From NCBI RefSeq assembly GCF_036321535.1, contig NC_087436.1, forward strand, positions 1,364,001 to 1,428,000: a stretch of DNA of 64,000 bases, given 5' to 3'. Below, piece after piece: positions 11,206-24,600 of the stretch (the first letter of the stretch is position 1; the number at the start of each line of letters is the position of its first letter). This stretch comes from Camelus dromedarius. Lineage: Eukaryota. The notes beneath the pieces were generated by a model that was given only the letters and a program-made list of their open reading frames with translations, did not search any database and was not told the DNA's origin. The translations under genes and the position numbers were made by a program.

Positions 11206-14200
11206 TTTGTGTTCCCAACAAGCTAGGTGAAGGACGGCTTTCACACACACTTATCTCTCAGAACTGAGCAAGTGGAGAGACGTTCGTTCATCTAGCACCA
11301 AGGGAACGGGTTGCAGGAGACACTTTTTCTCTGCTTTCTCAGTCTGTTTCCTAGTGCCGGTTTGAAGTTCCTGCAGTTTTCACTGTAAAACCGAGTTGGA
11401 GCTAGTACCTCCCTTTATATATGTATGGAAAGGAGTTTGCAACTGAAAAGAAACTTTGTGTTCCCAACAAGCTAGGTGAAGGACGGCTTTCACACACACT
11501 TATCTCTCAGAACTGAGCAAGTGGAGAGACGTTCATTCATCCAGCACCAAGGGAACGGGTTGCAGTAGACACTTATTCTCTGCTTTCTCAGTCTGTTTCC
11601 TAGTGCCGGTTGGAAGTTCCTGCAGTTTTCACTGTCAAACCGAGTTGGAGCTTGTACCTCCCCATATATATGTATGGAATGGAGTTTGCAACTGATAAGA
11701 AACTTTGTGTTCCCAACAAGCTAGGTGAAGGACGGCTTTCACACACACTTATCTCTCAGAACTGAGCAAGTGGAGAGACGTTCGTTCATCTAGCACCAAG
11801 GGAACGGGTTGCAGGAGTCACTTTTTCTCTGCTTTCTCAGTCTGTTTCCTAGTGCCGGTTTGAAGTTCGTGCAGTTTTCACTGTCAAACGGAGTTGGAGC
11901 TAGTACCTCCCCTTATATATGTATGGAATGGAGTTTGCAACTGAAAAGAAACTTTGTGTTCCCAATAAGCTAGGTAAAGGATGGCTTTCACACACACTTA
12001 TCTCTCAGAACAGAGCAAGTGGAGAGACGTTCGTTCATCTAGCACCAAGGGAACGGGTTGCAGGAGACACTTTTTCTCTGCTTTCTCAATCTGTTTCCTA
12101 GTGCCGGTTTGAAGTTCCTGCAGTTTTCACTGTCAAACGGAGTTGGAGCTAGTACCTCCCCATATAAACGTATGGAATGGAGTTTGCAACTGAAAAGAAT
12201 CTTTGTGTTCCCAACAAGCTAGGTGAAGGACGGCTTTCACACACACTTATCTCTCAGAACTGAGCAAGTGGAGAGACGTTCGTTCATCTAGCACAAAAAG
12301 AACGGGTTGCAGGAGACACTTTTTCTCTGCTTTCTCAGTCTGTTTCCTAGTGCCGGTTTGAAGTTCCTGCAGTTTTCACTGTAAAACCGAGATGGAGCTA
12401 GTACCTCCCCATATATATGTATGGAATGGAGTTTGCAACTGAAAAGAAACTTTTTGTTCCCAACAAGCTAGGTGAAGGACGGCTTTCACACACTCCTATC
12501 TCTCAGAACTGAGAAATGGAGAGACGTTCGTTCATCTAGCACCAAGGGAACGGGTTGCAGGAGACACTTTTTCTCTGCTTTCTCAGTCTGTTTCCTAGTG
12601 CCGGTTTGAAGTTCCTGCAGTTTTCACTGTAAAACCGAGTTGGAGCTAGTACCTACCCATATATATGTATGGAATGGAGAATGCAACTGAAAAGAAACTT
12701 TGTGTTCCCAACAAGCTAGGTGAAGGACGGCTTTCACACACACTTATCTCTCAGAACTGAGCAAGTGGAGAGACGTTCGTTCATCTAGCACCAAGGGAAC
12801 GGGTTGCAGGAGACACTTTTTCTCTGCTTTCTCAGTCTGTTTCCTAGTGCCGGGTTGAAGTTCCTGCAGTTTTCACTATAAAACCGAGTTGGAGCTATTA
12901 CCTCCCCATATATATGTATGGAATGGAGTTTGCAACTGAAAAGAAACTTTGTGTTCCCAACAAGCTAGGTGAAGGACGGCTTTCACACACACTTATCTCT
13001 CAGAACTGAGCAAGTGGAGATTCGTTCGTTCATCTAGCAGCAAGGGAACGGGTTGCAGGAGACACTTTTTCTCTGCTTTCTCAGTCTGTTTCCTAGTGCC
13101 GGTTTGAAGTTCCTGCAGTTTTCACTGTAAAACCGAGTTGGAGCTAGTACCTCCCCATATATATGTATGGAATGGAGTTTGCAACTGAAAAGAAACTTTG
13201 TGTTCCCAACAAGCTAGGTGAAGGACGGCTTTCACACACACTTATCTCTCAGAACTGAGCAAGTGGAGAGACGTTCGTTCATCTAGCACCAAGGGAACGG
13301 GTTGCAGGAGACACTTTTTCTCTGCTTTCTCAGTCTGTTTCCTAGTGCCGGTTTGAAGTTCCTGCAGTTTTCACTGTAAAAACGAGTTGGAGCTAGTACC
13401 TCCCTTTATATATGTATGGAAAGGAGTTTGCAACTGAAAAGAAACTTTGTGTTCCCAACAAGCTAGGTGAAGGGCGTCATTCACACACACTTATCTCTCA
13501 GAACTGAGCAAGTGGAGAGACGTTCGTTCATCTAGCACCAAGGGAACGGGTTGCAGGAGACACTTTTTCTCTGCTTTCTCAGTCTGTTTCCTAGTGCCGA
13601 TTTGAAGTTCCTGCAGTTTTCACAGTAAAACCGAGTTGGAGCTAGTACCTCCCAATATATATGTATGGAATGGAGTTTGCAACTGAAAAGAAACTTTGTG
13701 TTCCCAACAAGCTAGGTGAAGGACGGCTTTCACACACACTTATTTCTCAGAACTGAGCAAGTGGAGAGACGTTCGTTCATCTAGCACCAAGGGAACGGGT
13801 TGCAGGAGACACTTTTTCTCTGTTTTCTCAGTCTGTTTCCTAGTGCCGGTTTGAAGTTCCTGCAGTTTTCACTGTCAAACCGAGTTGTAGCTAGTACCTC
13901 CCCATATATATGTATGGAATGGAGTTTGCAACTGAAAAGAAACTTTGTGTTCCCAACAAGCTAGGTGAAGGACGGCTTTCACACACACTTATCTCTCAGA
14001 ACTGAGCAAGTGGAGAGACGTTCGTTCATCTAGCACCAAGGGAACGGGTTGCAGGAGACACTTTTTCTCTGCTTTCTCAGTCTGTTTCCTAGTGCCGGTT
14101 TGAAGTTCCTGCAGTTTTCACTGTAAAACCGAGTTGGAGCTAGTACCTCCCCATATATATGTATGGAATGGAGAATGCAACTGAAAAGAAACTTTGTGTT

Positions 14201-14690
14201 CCCAACAAGCTAGGTGAAGGACGGCTTTCACACACACTTATCTCTCAGAACTGAGCAAGTGGAGAGACGTTCGTTCATCTAGAACCAAGGGAACGGGTTG
14301 CAGGAGACACTTTTTCTCTGCTTTCTCAGTCTGTTTCCTAGTGGCGGGTTGAAGATCCTGCAGTTTTCACTGTAAAACCGAGTTGGAGTTAGTACCTCCC
14401 CATATATATGTATGGAATGGAGTTTGCAACTGAAAAGAAACTTTGTGTTCCCAACAAGCTAGGTGAAGGACGGCTTTCACACACACTTATCTCTCAGAAC
14501 TGAGCAAGTGGAGATTCGTTCGTTCATCTAGCACCAAGGGAACGGGTTGCAGGAGACACTTTTTCTCTGCTTTCTCAGTCTGTTTCCTAGTGCCGGTTTG
14601 AAGTTCCTGCAGTTTTCACTGTAAAACCGAGTTGGAGCTAGTACCTCCCCATATATATGTATGGAATGGAGTTTGCAACTGAAAAGAAAC

Positions 14691-17600
14691 TTTGTGTTCC
14701 CAACAAGCTAGGTGAAGGACGGCTTTCACACACACTTATCTCTCAGAACTGAACAAGTGGAGAGACGTTCGTTCATCCAGCACCAAGGGAACGGGTTGCA
14801 GTAGACACTTTTTCTCTGCTTTCTCAGTCTGTTTCCTAGTGCCAGTTTGAAGTTCCTGCAGTTTTCATTGTCAAACCGAGTTGGAGCTAGTACCTCCCCA
14901 TATATATGTATGGAATGGAGTTTGCAACTGAAAAGAAACTTTGTGTTCCCAACAAGCTAGGTGAAGGACGGCTTTCACACACACTTATCTCTCAGAACTG
15001 AGCAAGTGGAGAGACGTTCGTTCATCTAGCACCAAGGGAACGGGTTGCAGGAGTCACTTTTTCTCTGCTTTCTCAGTCTGTTTCCTAGTGCCGGTTTGAA
15101 GTTCCTGCAGTTTTCACTGTAAAACCGAGTTGGAGCTAGTATCTCCCCATATATATGTATGGAATGGAGTTTACAACTGAAAAGAAACTTTGTGTTCCCA
15201 ACAAGCTAGGTGAAGGACGGCTTTCACACACACTTATCTCTCAGAACTGAGCAAGTGGAGAGACGTTTGTTCATCTAGCACCAAGGGAACGGGTTGCAGG
15301 AGACACTTTTTCTCTGCTTTCTCAGTCTGTTTCCTAGTGCCGGTTTGAAGTTCCTGCAGTTTTCACTGTAAAACCGAGTTGGAGCTAGTACCTCCCCTTA
15401 TATATGTATGGAAAGGAGTTTGCAACTGAAAAGAAACTTTGTGTTCCCAACAAGCTAGGTGAAGGACGGCTTTCACACACACTTATCTCTCAGAACTGAG
15501 CAAGTGGAGAGACGTTCGTTCATCCAGCACCAAGGGAACGGGTTGCAGGAGACACTTTTTCTCTGCTTTCTCAGTCTGTTTCCTAGTGCCGGTTGGAAGT
15601 TCCTGCAGTTTTCATTGTCAAACCGAGTTGGAGCTAGTACCTCCCCATATATATGTATGGAATGGAGTTTGCAACTGAAAAGAAACTTTGTGTTCCCAAC
15701 AAGCTAGGTGAAGGACGGCTTTCACACACACTTATCTCTCAGAACTGAGCAAGTGGAGAGACGTTCGTTCATCTAGCACCAAGGGAACGGGTTGCAGGAG
15801 ACAATTTTTCTCTGCTTTCTCAGTCTGTTTCCTAGTGCCGGTTTGATGTTCCTGCAGTTTTCACTGTAAAACTGAGTTGGAGCTAGTACCTCCCCATATA
15901 TATGTATGGAATGGAGTTTGCAACTGAAAAGAAACTTTTTGTTCCCAACAAGCTAGGTGAAGGACGGCTTTCACACATTCCTGTCTCTCAGAACTGAGAA
16001 ATGGAGAGACGTTCGTTCATCTAGCACCAAGGGAACGGGTTGCAGGAGACACTTTTTCTCAGCTTTCTCAGTCTGTTTCCTAGTGCCGGTTTGAAGTTCG
16101 TGCAGTTTTCACTGTCAAACGGAGTTGGAGCTAGTACCTCCCCTTATATATGTATGGAATGGAGTTTGCAACTGAAAAGAAACTTTGTGTTCCCAACAAG
16201 CTAGGTGAAGGATGGCTTTCACACACACTTATCTCTCAGAACAGAGCAAGTGGAGAGACGTTCGTTCATCTAGCACCAAGGGAACGGGTTGCAGGAGACA
16301 CTTTTTCTCTGCTTTCTCAATCTGTTTCCTAGTGCCGGTTTGAAGTTCCTGCAGTTTTCACTGTCAAACGGAGTTGGAGCTAGTACCTCCCCATATAAAC
16401 TTATGGAATGGAGTTTGCAACTGAAAAGAAACTTTGTGTTCCCAACAAGCTAGGTGAAGGACGGCTTTCACACACACTTATCTCTCAGAACTGAGCAAGT
16501 GGAGAGACGTTCGTTCATCTAGCAGCAAGGGAACGGTTTGCAGGAGACACTTTTTCTCTGCTTTCTCAGTCTGTTTCCTAGTGCCGGTTTGAAGTTCCTG
16601 CAGTTTTCACTGTAAAACCGAGTTGGAGCTAGTACCTCCCCATATATATGTATGGAATGGAGTTTGCAACTGAAAAGAAACTTTGTGTTCCCAACAAGCT
16701 AGGTGAAGGACGGCTTTCACACACACTTATCTCTCAGAACTGAACAAGTGGAGAGACGTTCGTTCATCCAGCACCAAGGGAACGGGTTGCAGTAGACACT
16801 TTTTCTCTGCTTTCTCAGTCTGTTTCCTAGTGCCAGTTTGAAGTTCCTGCAGTTTTCACTGTAAAACCGAGTTGGAGCTAGTACCTCCCCATATATATGT
16901 ATGGAATGGAGTTTGCAACTGAAAAGAAACTTTGTGTTCCCAACAAGCTAGGTGAAGGACGGCTTTCACACACACTTATCTCTCAGAACTGAGCAAGTGG
17001 AGAGACGTTCGTTCATCTAGCACCAAGGGAACGGGTTGCAGGAGTCACTTTTTCTCTGCTTTCTCAGTCTGTTTCCTAGTGCCGGTTTGAAGTTCCTGCA
17101 GTTTTCACTGTAAAACCGAGTTGGAGCTAGTATCTCCCCATATATATGTATGGAATGGAGTTTACAACTGAAAAGAAACTTTGTGTTCCCAACAAGCTAG
17201 GTGAAGGACGGCTTTCACACACACTTATCTCTCAGAACTGAGCAAGTGGAGAGACGTTTGTTCATCTAGCACCAAGGGAACGGGTTGCAGGAGACACTTT
17301 TTCTCTGCTTTCTCAGTCTGTTTCCTAGTGCCGGTTTGAAGTTCCTGCAGTTTTCACTGTAAAACCGAGTTGGAGCTAGTACCTCCCCTTATATATGTAT
17401 GGAAAGGAGTTTGCAACTGAAAAGAAACTTTGTGTTCCCAACAAGCTAGGTGAAGGACGGCTTTCACACACACTTATCTCTCAGAACTGAGCAAGTGGAG
17501 AGACGTTCGTTCATCCAGCACCAAGGGAACGGGTTGCAGGAGACACTTTTTCTCTGCTTTCTCAGTCTGTTTCCTAGTGCCGGTTGGAAGTTCCTGCAGT

Positions 17601-18672
17601 TTTCATTGTCAAACCGAGTTGGAGCTAGTACCTCCCCATATATATGTATGGAATGGAGTTTGCAACTGAAAAGAAACTTTGTGTTCCCAACAAGCTAGGT
17701 GAAGGACGGCTTTCACACACACTTATCTCTCAGAACTGAGCAAGTGGAGAGACGTTCGTTCATCTAGCACCAAGGGAACGGGTTGCAGGAGACAATTTTT
17801 CTCTGCTTTCTCAGTCTGTTTCCTAGTGCCGGTTTGATGTTCCTGCAGTTTTCACTGTAAAACTGAGTTGGAGCTAGTACCTCCCCATATATATGTATGG
17901 AATGGAGTTTGCAACTGAAAAGAAACTTTTTGTTCCCAACAAGCTAGGTGAAGGACGGCTTTCACACACTCCTATCTCTCAGAACTGAGAAATGGAGAGA
18001 CGTTCGTTCATCTAGCACCAAGGGAACGGGTTGCAGGAGACACTTTTTCTCAGCTTTCTCAGTCTGTTTCCTAGTGCCGGTTTGAAGTTCGTGCAGTTTT
18101 CACTGTCAAACGGAGTTGGAGCTAGTACCTCCCCTTATATATGTATGGAATGGAGTTTGCAACTGAAAAGAAACTTTGTGTTCCCAACAAGCTAGGTGAA
18201 GGATGGCTTTCACACACACTTATCTCTCAGAACAGAGCAAGTGGAGAGACGTTCGTTCATCTAGCACCAAGGGAACGGGTTGCAGGAGACACTTTTTCTC
18301 TGCTTTCTCAATCTGTTTCCTAGTGCCGGTTTGAAGTTCCTGCAGTTTTCACTGTCAAACGGAGTTGGAGCTAGTACCTCCCCATATAAACTTATGGAAT
18401 GGAGTTTGCAACTGAAAAGAAACTTTGTGTTCCCAACAAGCTAGGTGAAGGACGGCTTTCACACACACTTATCTCTCAGAACTGAGCAAGTGGAGAGACG
18501 TTCGTTCATCTAGCAGCAAGGGAACGGTTTGCAGGAGACACTTTTTCTCTGCTTTCTCAGTCTGTTTCCTAGTGCCGGTTTGAAGTTCCTGCAGTTTTCA
18601 CTGTAAAACCGAGTTGGAGCTAGTACCTCCCAATATATATATATGGAATGGAGTTTGCAACTGAAAAGAAAC
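14691..18672. repeat. 8-monomer higher-order repeat B (1991-bp period), two tandem copies
   Basis: GAACAAGTGG at 14751 and 16742. GAGTCAC/TTACAA, GGTTGGAAG, ACAATTT/TTGATG, the GAGAAATGG 1-bp deletion and GCAGCAAG all recur at +1991. Identical spurious ORFs lie at 15459/17450 and 16150/18141. Confidence 0.93.
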
Positions 18673-21600
18673 TTTGTGTTCCCAACAAGCTAGGTGAAGG
18701 ACGGCTTTCACACACACTTATCTCTCAGAACTGAGCAAGTGGAGAGACGTTCGTTCATCTAGCACCAAGGGAACGGGTTGCAGGAGACACTTTTTCTCTG
18801 CTTTCTCAGTCTGTTTCCTAGTGCCGGTTTGAAGTTCCTGCAGTTTTCACTGTAAAACCGAGTTGGAGCTAGTACCTCCCAATATATATGTATGGAATGG
18901 AGTTTGCAACTGAAAAGAATCTTTGTGTTCCCAACAAGCTAGGTGAAGGACGGCTTTCACACACACTTATCTCTCAGAACTGAGCAAGTGGAGAGACGTT
19001 CGTTCATCTAGCACCAAGGGAACGGGTTGCAGGAGACACTTTTTCTCTGCTTTCTCATTCTGTTTCCTAGTGCCGGTTTGAGGTTCCTGCAGTTTTCACT
19101 GTAAAACCGAGTTGGAGCTAGTACCTCCCAATATATATGTATGGAATGGAGTTTGCAACTGAAAAGAATCTTTGTGTTCCCAACAAGCTAGGTGAAGGAC
19201 GGCTTTCACACACACTTATCTCTCAGAACTGAGCAAGTGGAGAGACGTTCGTTCATCTAGCACCAAGGGAACGGGTTGCAGGAGACACTTTTTCTCTGCT
19301 TTCTCAGTCTGTTTCCTAGTGCCGGTTTGAAGTTCCTGCAGTTTTCACTGTAAAATCGAGTTGGAGCTAGTACCTCCCCATATATATGTATGGAATGGAG
19401 TTTGCAACTGAAAAGAAACTTTGTGTTCCCAACAAGCTAGGTGAAGGACGGCTTTCACACACACTTATCTCTCAGAACTGAGCAAGTGGAGAGACGTTCG
19501 TTCATCTAGCACCAAGGGAACGGGTTGCAGGAGACACTTTTTCTCTGCTTTCTCAGTCTGTTTCCTAGTGCCGGTTTGAAGTTCCTGCAGTTTTCACTGT
19601 AAAACCGAGTTGCAGCTAGTATCTCCCCATATATATGTATGGAATGGAGTTTGCAACTGAAAAGAAACTTTGTGTTCCCAACAAGCTAGGTGAAGGACGG
19701 CTTTCACACACACTTATCTCTCAGAACTGAGCAAGTGGAGAGACGTTCGTTCATCCAGCACCAAGGGAACGGGTTGCAGGAGACACTTTTTCTCTGCTTT
19801 CTCAGTCTGTTTCGTAGTGCCGGTTTGAAGTTCCTGCAGTTTTCACTGTAAAACCGAGTTGGAGCTAGTACCTCCCCATATATATGTATGGAATGGAGTT
19901 TGCAACTGAAAAGAAACTTTGTGTTCCCAACAAGCTAGGTGAAGGACGGCTTTCACACACACTTATCTCTCAGAACTGAGCAAGTGGAGAGACGTTCGTT
20001 CATCTAGCACCAAGGGAACGGGTTGCAGGAGACACTTTTTCTCTGCTTTCTCTGTCTGTTTCCTAGTGCCTGTTTGAGGTTCCTGCAGTTTTCACTGTAA
20101 AACCGAGTTGGAGCTAGTACCTCCCCATATAAATGTATGGAATGGAGTTTGCAACTGAAAAGAAACTTTGTGTTCCCAACAAGCTAGGTGAAGGACGGCT
20201 TTCACACACACTTATCTCTCAGAACTGAGCAAGTGGAGAGACGTTCGTTCATCTAGCACCAAGGGAACGGGTTGCAGTAGACACTTTTTCTCTGCTTTCT
20301 CAGTCTGTTTCCTAGTGCCGGTTTGAAGTTCCTGCAGTTTTCACTGTAAAACCGAGTTGGAGCTAGTACCTCCCCATATATATGTATGGAATGGGGTTTG
20401 CAACTGAAAAGAAACTTTGTGTTCCCAACAAGCTATGTGAAGGACGGCTTTCACACACACTTAACTCTCAGAACTGAGCAAGTGGAGAGACGTTCGTTCA
20501 TCTAGCACCAAGGGAACGGGTTGCAGGAAACACTTTTTCTCTGCTTTCTCAGTCTGTTTCCTAGTGCCGGGTTGAATTTCCTGCAGTTTTCACTGTAAAA
20601 CCGAGTTGGAGCTAGTACCTCCCCTTATATATGTATGGAAAGGAGTTTGCAACTGAAAAGAAACTTTGTGTTCCCAACAAGCTAGGTGAAGGACGGCTTT
20701 CACACACACTTATCTCTCAGAACTGAGCAAGTGGAGAGACGTTTGTTCATCTAGCACCAAGGGAACGGGTTGCAGGAGACACTTTTTCTCTGCTTTCTCA
20801 GTCTGTTTCCTAGTGCCGGGTTGAAGTTCCTGCAGTTTTCACTGTAAAACCGAGTTGGAGCTAGAACCTCCCCATATATATGTATGGAATGGAGTTTGCA
20901 ACTGAAAAGAAACTTTGTGTTCCCAACAATCTAGGTGAAGGACGGCTTTCACACACACTTATCTCTCAGAACTGAGCAAGTTGAGAGACGTTCTTTCATC
21001 TAGGACCAAGGGAACGGGTTGAAGGAGACACTATTTCTCTGCTTTCTCAGTCTGTTTCCTAGTGCCGGTTTGAAGTTCCTGCAGTTTTCACTGTCAAACC
21101 GAGTTGGAGCTAGTACCTCCCCATATATATGTATGGAATGGAGTTTGCAACTGAAAAGAAACTTTGTGTTCCCAACAAGCTAGGTGAAGGGCGGCTTTCA
21201 CACACACTTATCTCTCAGAACTGAGCAAGTGGAGAGACGTTCGTTCATCTAGCACCAAGGGAACGGGTTGCAGGAGACACTTTTTCTCTGCTTTCTCAGT
21301 CTGTTTCCTAGTGCCGGTTTGAAGTTCCTGCAGTTTTCACTGTAAAACCGAGTTGGAGCTAGTACCTCCCAATATATACGTATGGAATGGATTTTGCAAC
21401 TGAAAAGAAACTTTGTGTTCCCAACAAGCTAGGTGAAGGACGGCTTTCACACACAATTATCTCTCAGAACTGAGCAAGTTGAGAGACGTTCTTTCATCTA
21501 GCACCAAGGGAACGGATAGAAGGAGACACTTTTTCTCCGCTTTCTCAGTCTGTTTCCTAGTGCCGGTTTGAAGTTCCTGCAGTTTTCACTGTCAAACCGA

Positions 21601-24600
21601 GTTGGAGCTAGTACCTCCCCATATATATGTATGGAATGGAGTTTGCAACTGAAAAGAAACTTTGTGTTCCCAACAAGCTAGGTGAAGGGCGTCTTTCACA
21701 CACACTTATCTCTCAGAACTGAGCAAGTGGAGAGACGTTCGTTCATCTAGCACCAAGGGAACGGGTTGCAGGAGACACTTTTTCTCTGCTTTCTCAGTCT
21801 GTTTCCTAGTGCCGGTTTGAAGTTCCTGCAGTTTTCACTGTAAAACCGAGTTGGAGCTAGTACCTCCCAATATATATGTATGGAATGGAGTTTGCAACTG
21901 AAAAGAATCTTTGTGTTCCCAACAAGCTAGGTGAAGGACGGCTTTCACACACACTTATCTCTCAGAACTGAGCAAGTGGAGAGACGTTCGTTCATCTAGC
22001 ACCAAGGGAACGGGTTGCAGGAGACACTTTTTCTCTGCTTTCTCAGTCTGTTTCCTAGTGCCGGTTTGAAGTTCCTGCAGTTTTCACTGTAAAACCGAGT
22101 TGGAGCTAGTACCTCCCCATATATATGTATGGAATGGAGTTTGCAACTGAAAAGAAACTTTGTGTTCCCAACAAGCTAGGTGAAGGACGGCTTTCACACA
22201 CACTTATCTCTCAGAACTGAGCAAGTGGAGAGACGTTCGTTCATCTAGCACCAAGGGAACGGGTTGCAGGAGACACTTTTTCTCTGTTTTCTCAGTCTGT
22301 TTCCTACTGCCGGTTTGAAGTTCCTGCAGTTTTCACTGTAAAACCGAGTTGGAGCTAGTACCTCCCAATATATATGTATGGAATGGAGTTTGCAACTGAA
22401 AAGAAACTTTGTGTTCCCAACAAGCTAGGTGAAGGACGGCTTTCACACACACTTATCTCTCAGAACTGAGCAAGTGGAGAGACGTTCGTTCATCTAGCAC
22501 CAAGGGAACGGGTTGCAGGAGACACTTTTTCTCTGCTTTCTCAGTGTGTTTCCTAGTGCCGGTTTGAAGTTCCTGCAGTTTTCACTGTAAAACCGAGTTG
22601 GAGCTAGTACCTCCCCATATATATGTATGGAATGGAGTTTGCAACTGAAAAGAAACTTTGTGTTCCCAACAAGCTAGTTGAAGGACGGCTTTCACACACA
22701 CTTATCTCTCAGAACTGAGCAAGTGGAGAGAAGTTCGTTCATCTAGCACCAAGGGAACGGGTTGCAGGAGACACTTTTTCTCTGCTTTCTCAGTCTGTTT
22801 CCTAGTGCCGGTTTGAAGTTCCTGCAGTTTTCACTGTAAAACCGAGTTGGAGCTAGTACCTCCCCATATATATGTATGGAATGGAGTTTGCAACTGAAAA
22901 GAATCTTTGTGTTCCCAACAAGCTAGGTGAAGGACGGCTTTCACACACACTTATCTCTCAGAACTGAGCAAGTGGAGAGACGTTCGTTCATCTAGCACCA
23001 AGGGAACGGGTTGCAGGGGACACTTTTTCTCTGCTTTCTCAGTCTGTTTCCTAGTGCCTGTTTGAAGTTCCTGCAGTTTTCACTGTCAAACCGAGTTGGA
23101 GCTAGTACCTCCCCATATATATGTATGGAATGGAGTTTGCAACTGAAAAGAAACTTTGTGTTCCCAACAAGCTAGGTGAAGGACGGCTTTCACACACACT
23201 TATCTCTCAGAACTGAGCAAGTGGAGAGACGTTCGTTCATCTAGCACCAAGGGAACGGGTTGCAGGAGACACTTTTTCTCTGCTTTCTCAATCTGTTTCC
23301 TAGTGCCGGTTTGAAGTTCCTGCAGTTTTCACTGTCAAAACGAGTTGGAGCTAGTTCCTCCCCATATATATGTATGGAATGGAGTTTGCAACTGAAAACA
23401 AACTTTGTGTTCCCAACAAGCTAGGTGAAGGACGGCTTTCACACGCACTTATCTCTCAGAACTGAGCAAGTGGAGAGACGTTCGTTCATCTAGCACCAAG
23501 GGAACGGGTAGCAGGAGACACTTTTTCTCTGCTTTCTCAGTCTGTTTCCTAGTGCCGGTTTGAAGTTCCTGCAGTTTTCACTGTAAAACCGAGTTGGAGC
23601 TAGTACCTCCCCATATATATGTATGGAATGGAGTTTGCAACTGAAAAGAAACTTTGTGTTCCCAACAAGCTAGGTGAAGGACGGCTTTCACACACATTTA
23701 TCTCTCAGAACTGAGCAAGTGGAGAGACGTTTGTTCATGTAGCACCAAGGGAACGGGTTGCAGGAGACACATTTTCTCTGCTTTCTCAGTCTGTTTCCTA
23801 GTGCCTGTTAGAAGTTCCTGAAGTTTTCACTGTCAAACCGAGTTGGAGCTAGTACCTCCCCATATATATGTATGGAATGGAGTTTGCAACTGAAAAGAAA
23901 CTTTGTGTTCCCAACAAGCTAGGTGAAGGACGGCTTTCACACACACTTATCTCTCAGAACTGAGCAAGTGGAGAGACGTTCGTTCATCTAGCACCAAGGG
24001 AACGGGTTGCAGGTGACACTTTTTCTCTGCATTCTCAGTCTATTTCCTAGTGCCGTTTTGAAGTTCCTGCAGTTTTCACTGTCAAACCGTGTTGGAGCTA
24101 GTACCTCCCCTTATATATGTATGAATGGACTTGGCAACTGAAAAGAAACTTTGTGTTCCCAACAAGCAAGGTGAAGGACGGCTTTCACACACACTTATCT
24201 CTCAGAACTGAGCAAGTGGAGAGACGTTCGTTCATCTAGCACCAAGGGAACGGGTTGAAGGAGACACTTTTTCTCTGCTTTCTCAGTGTGTTTCCTAGTG
24301 CCGGTTTGAAGTTCCTGCAGTTTTCACTGTAAAACCGAGTTGGAGCTATTACCTCCCCATATATATGTATGGAATGGAGTTTGCAACTGAAAAGAAACTT
24401 TGTGTTCCCAACAAGCTAGTTGAAGGACGGCTTTCACACACACTTATCTCTCAGAACTGAGCAAGTGGAGAGAAGTTCGTTCATCTAGCACCAAGGGAAC
24501 GGGTTGCAGGAGACACTTTTTCTCTGCTTTCTCAGTCTGTTTCCTAGTGCCAGTTTGAAGTTCCTGCAGTTTTCACTGTCAAACCGAGTTGGAGCTAGAA

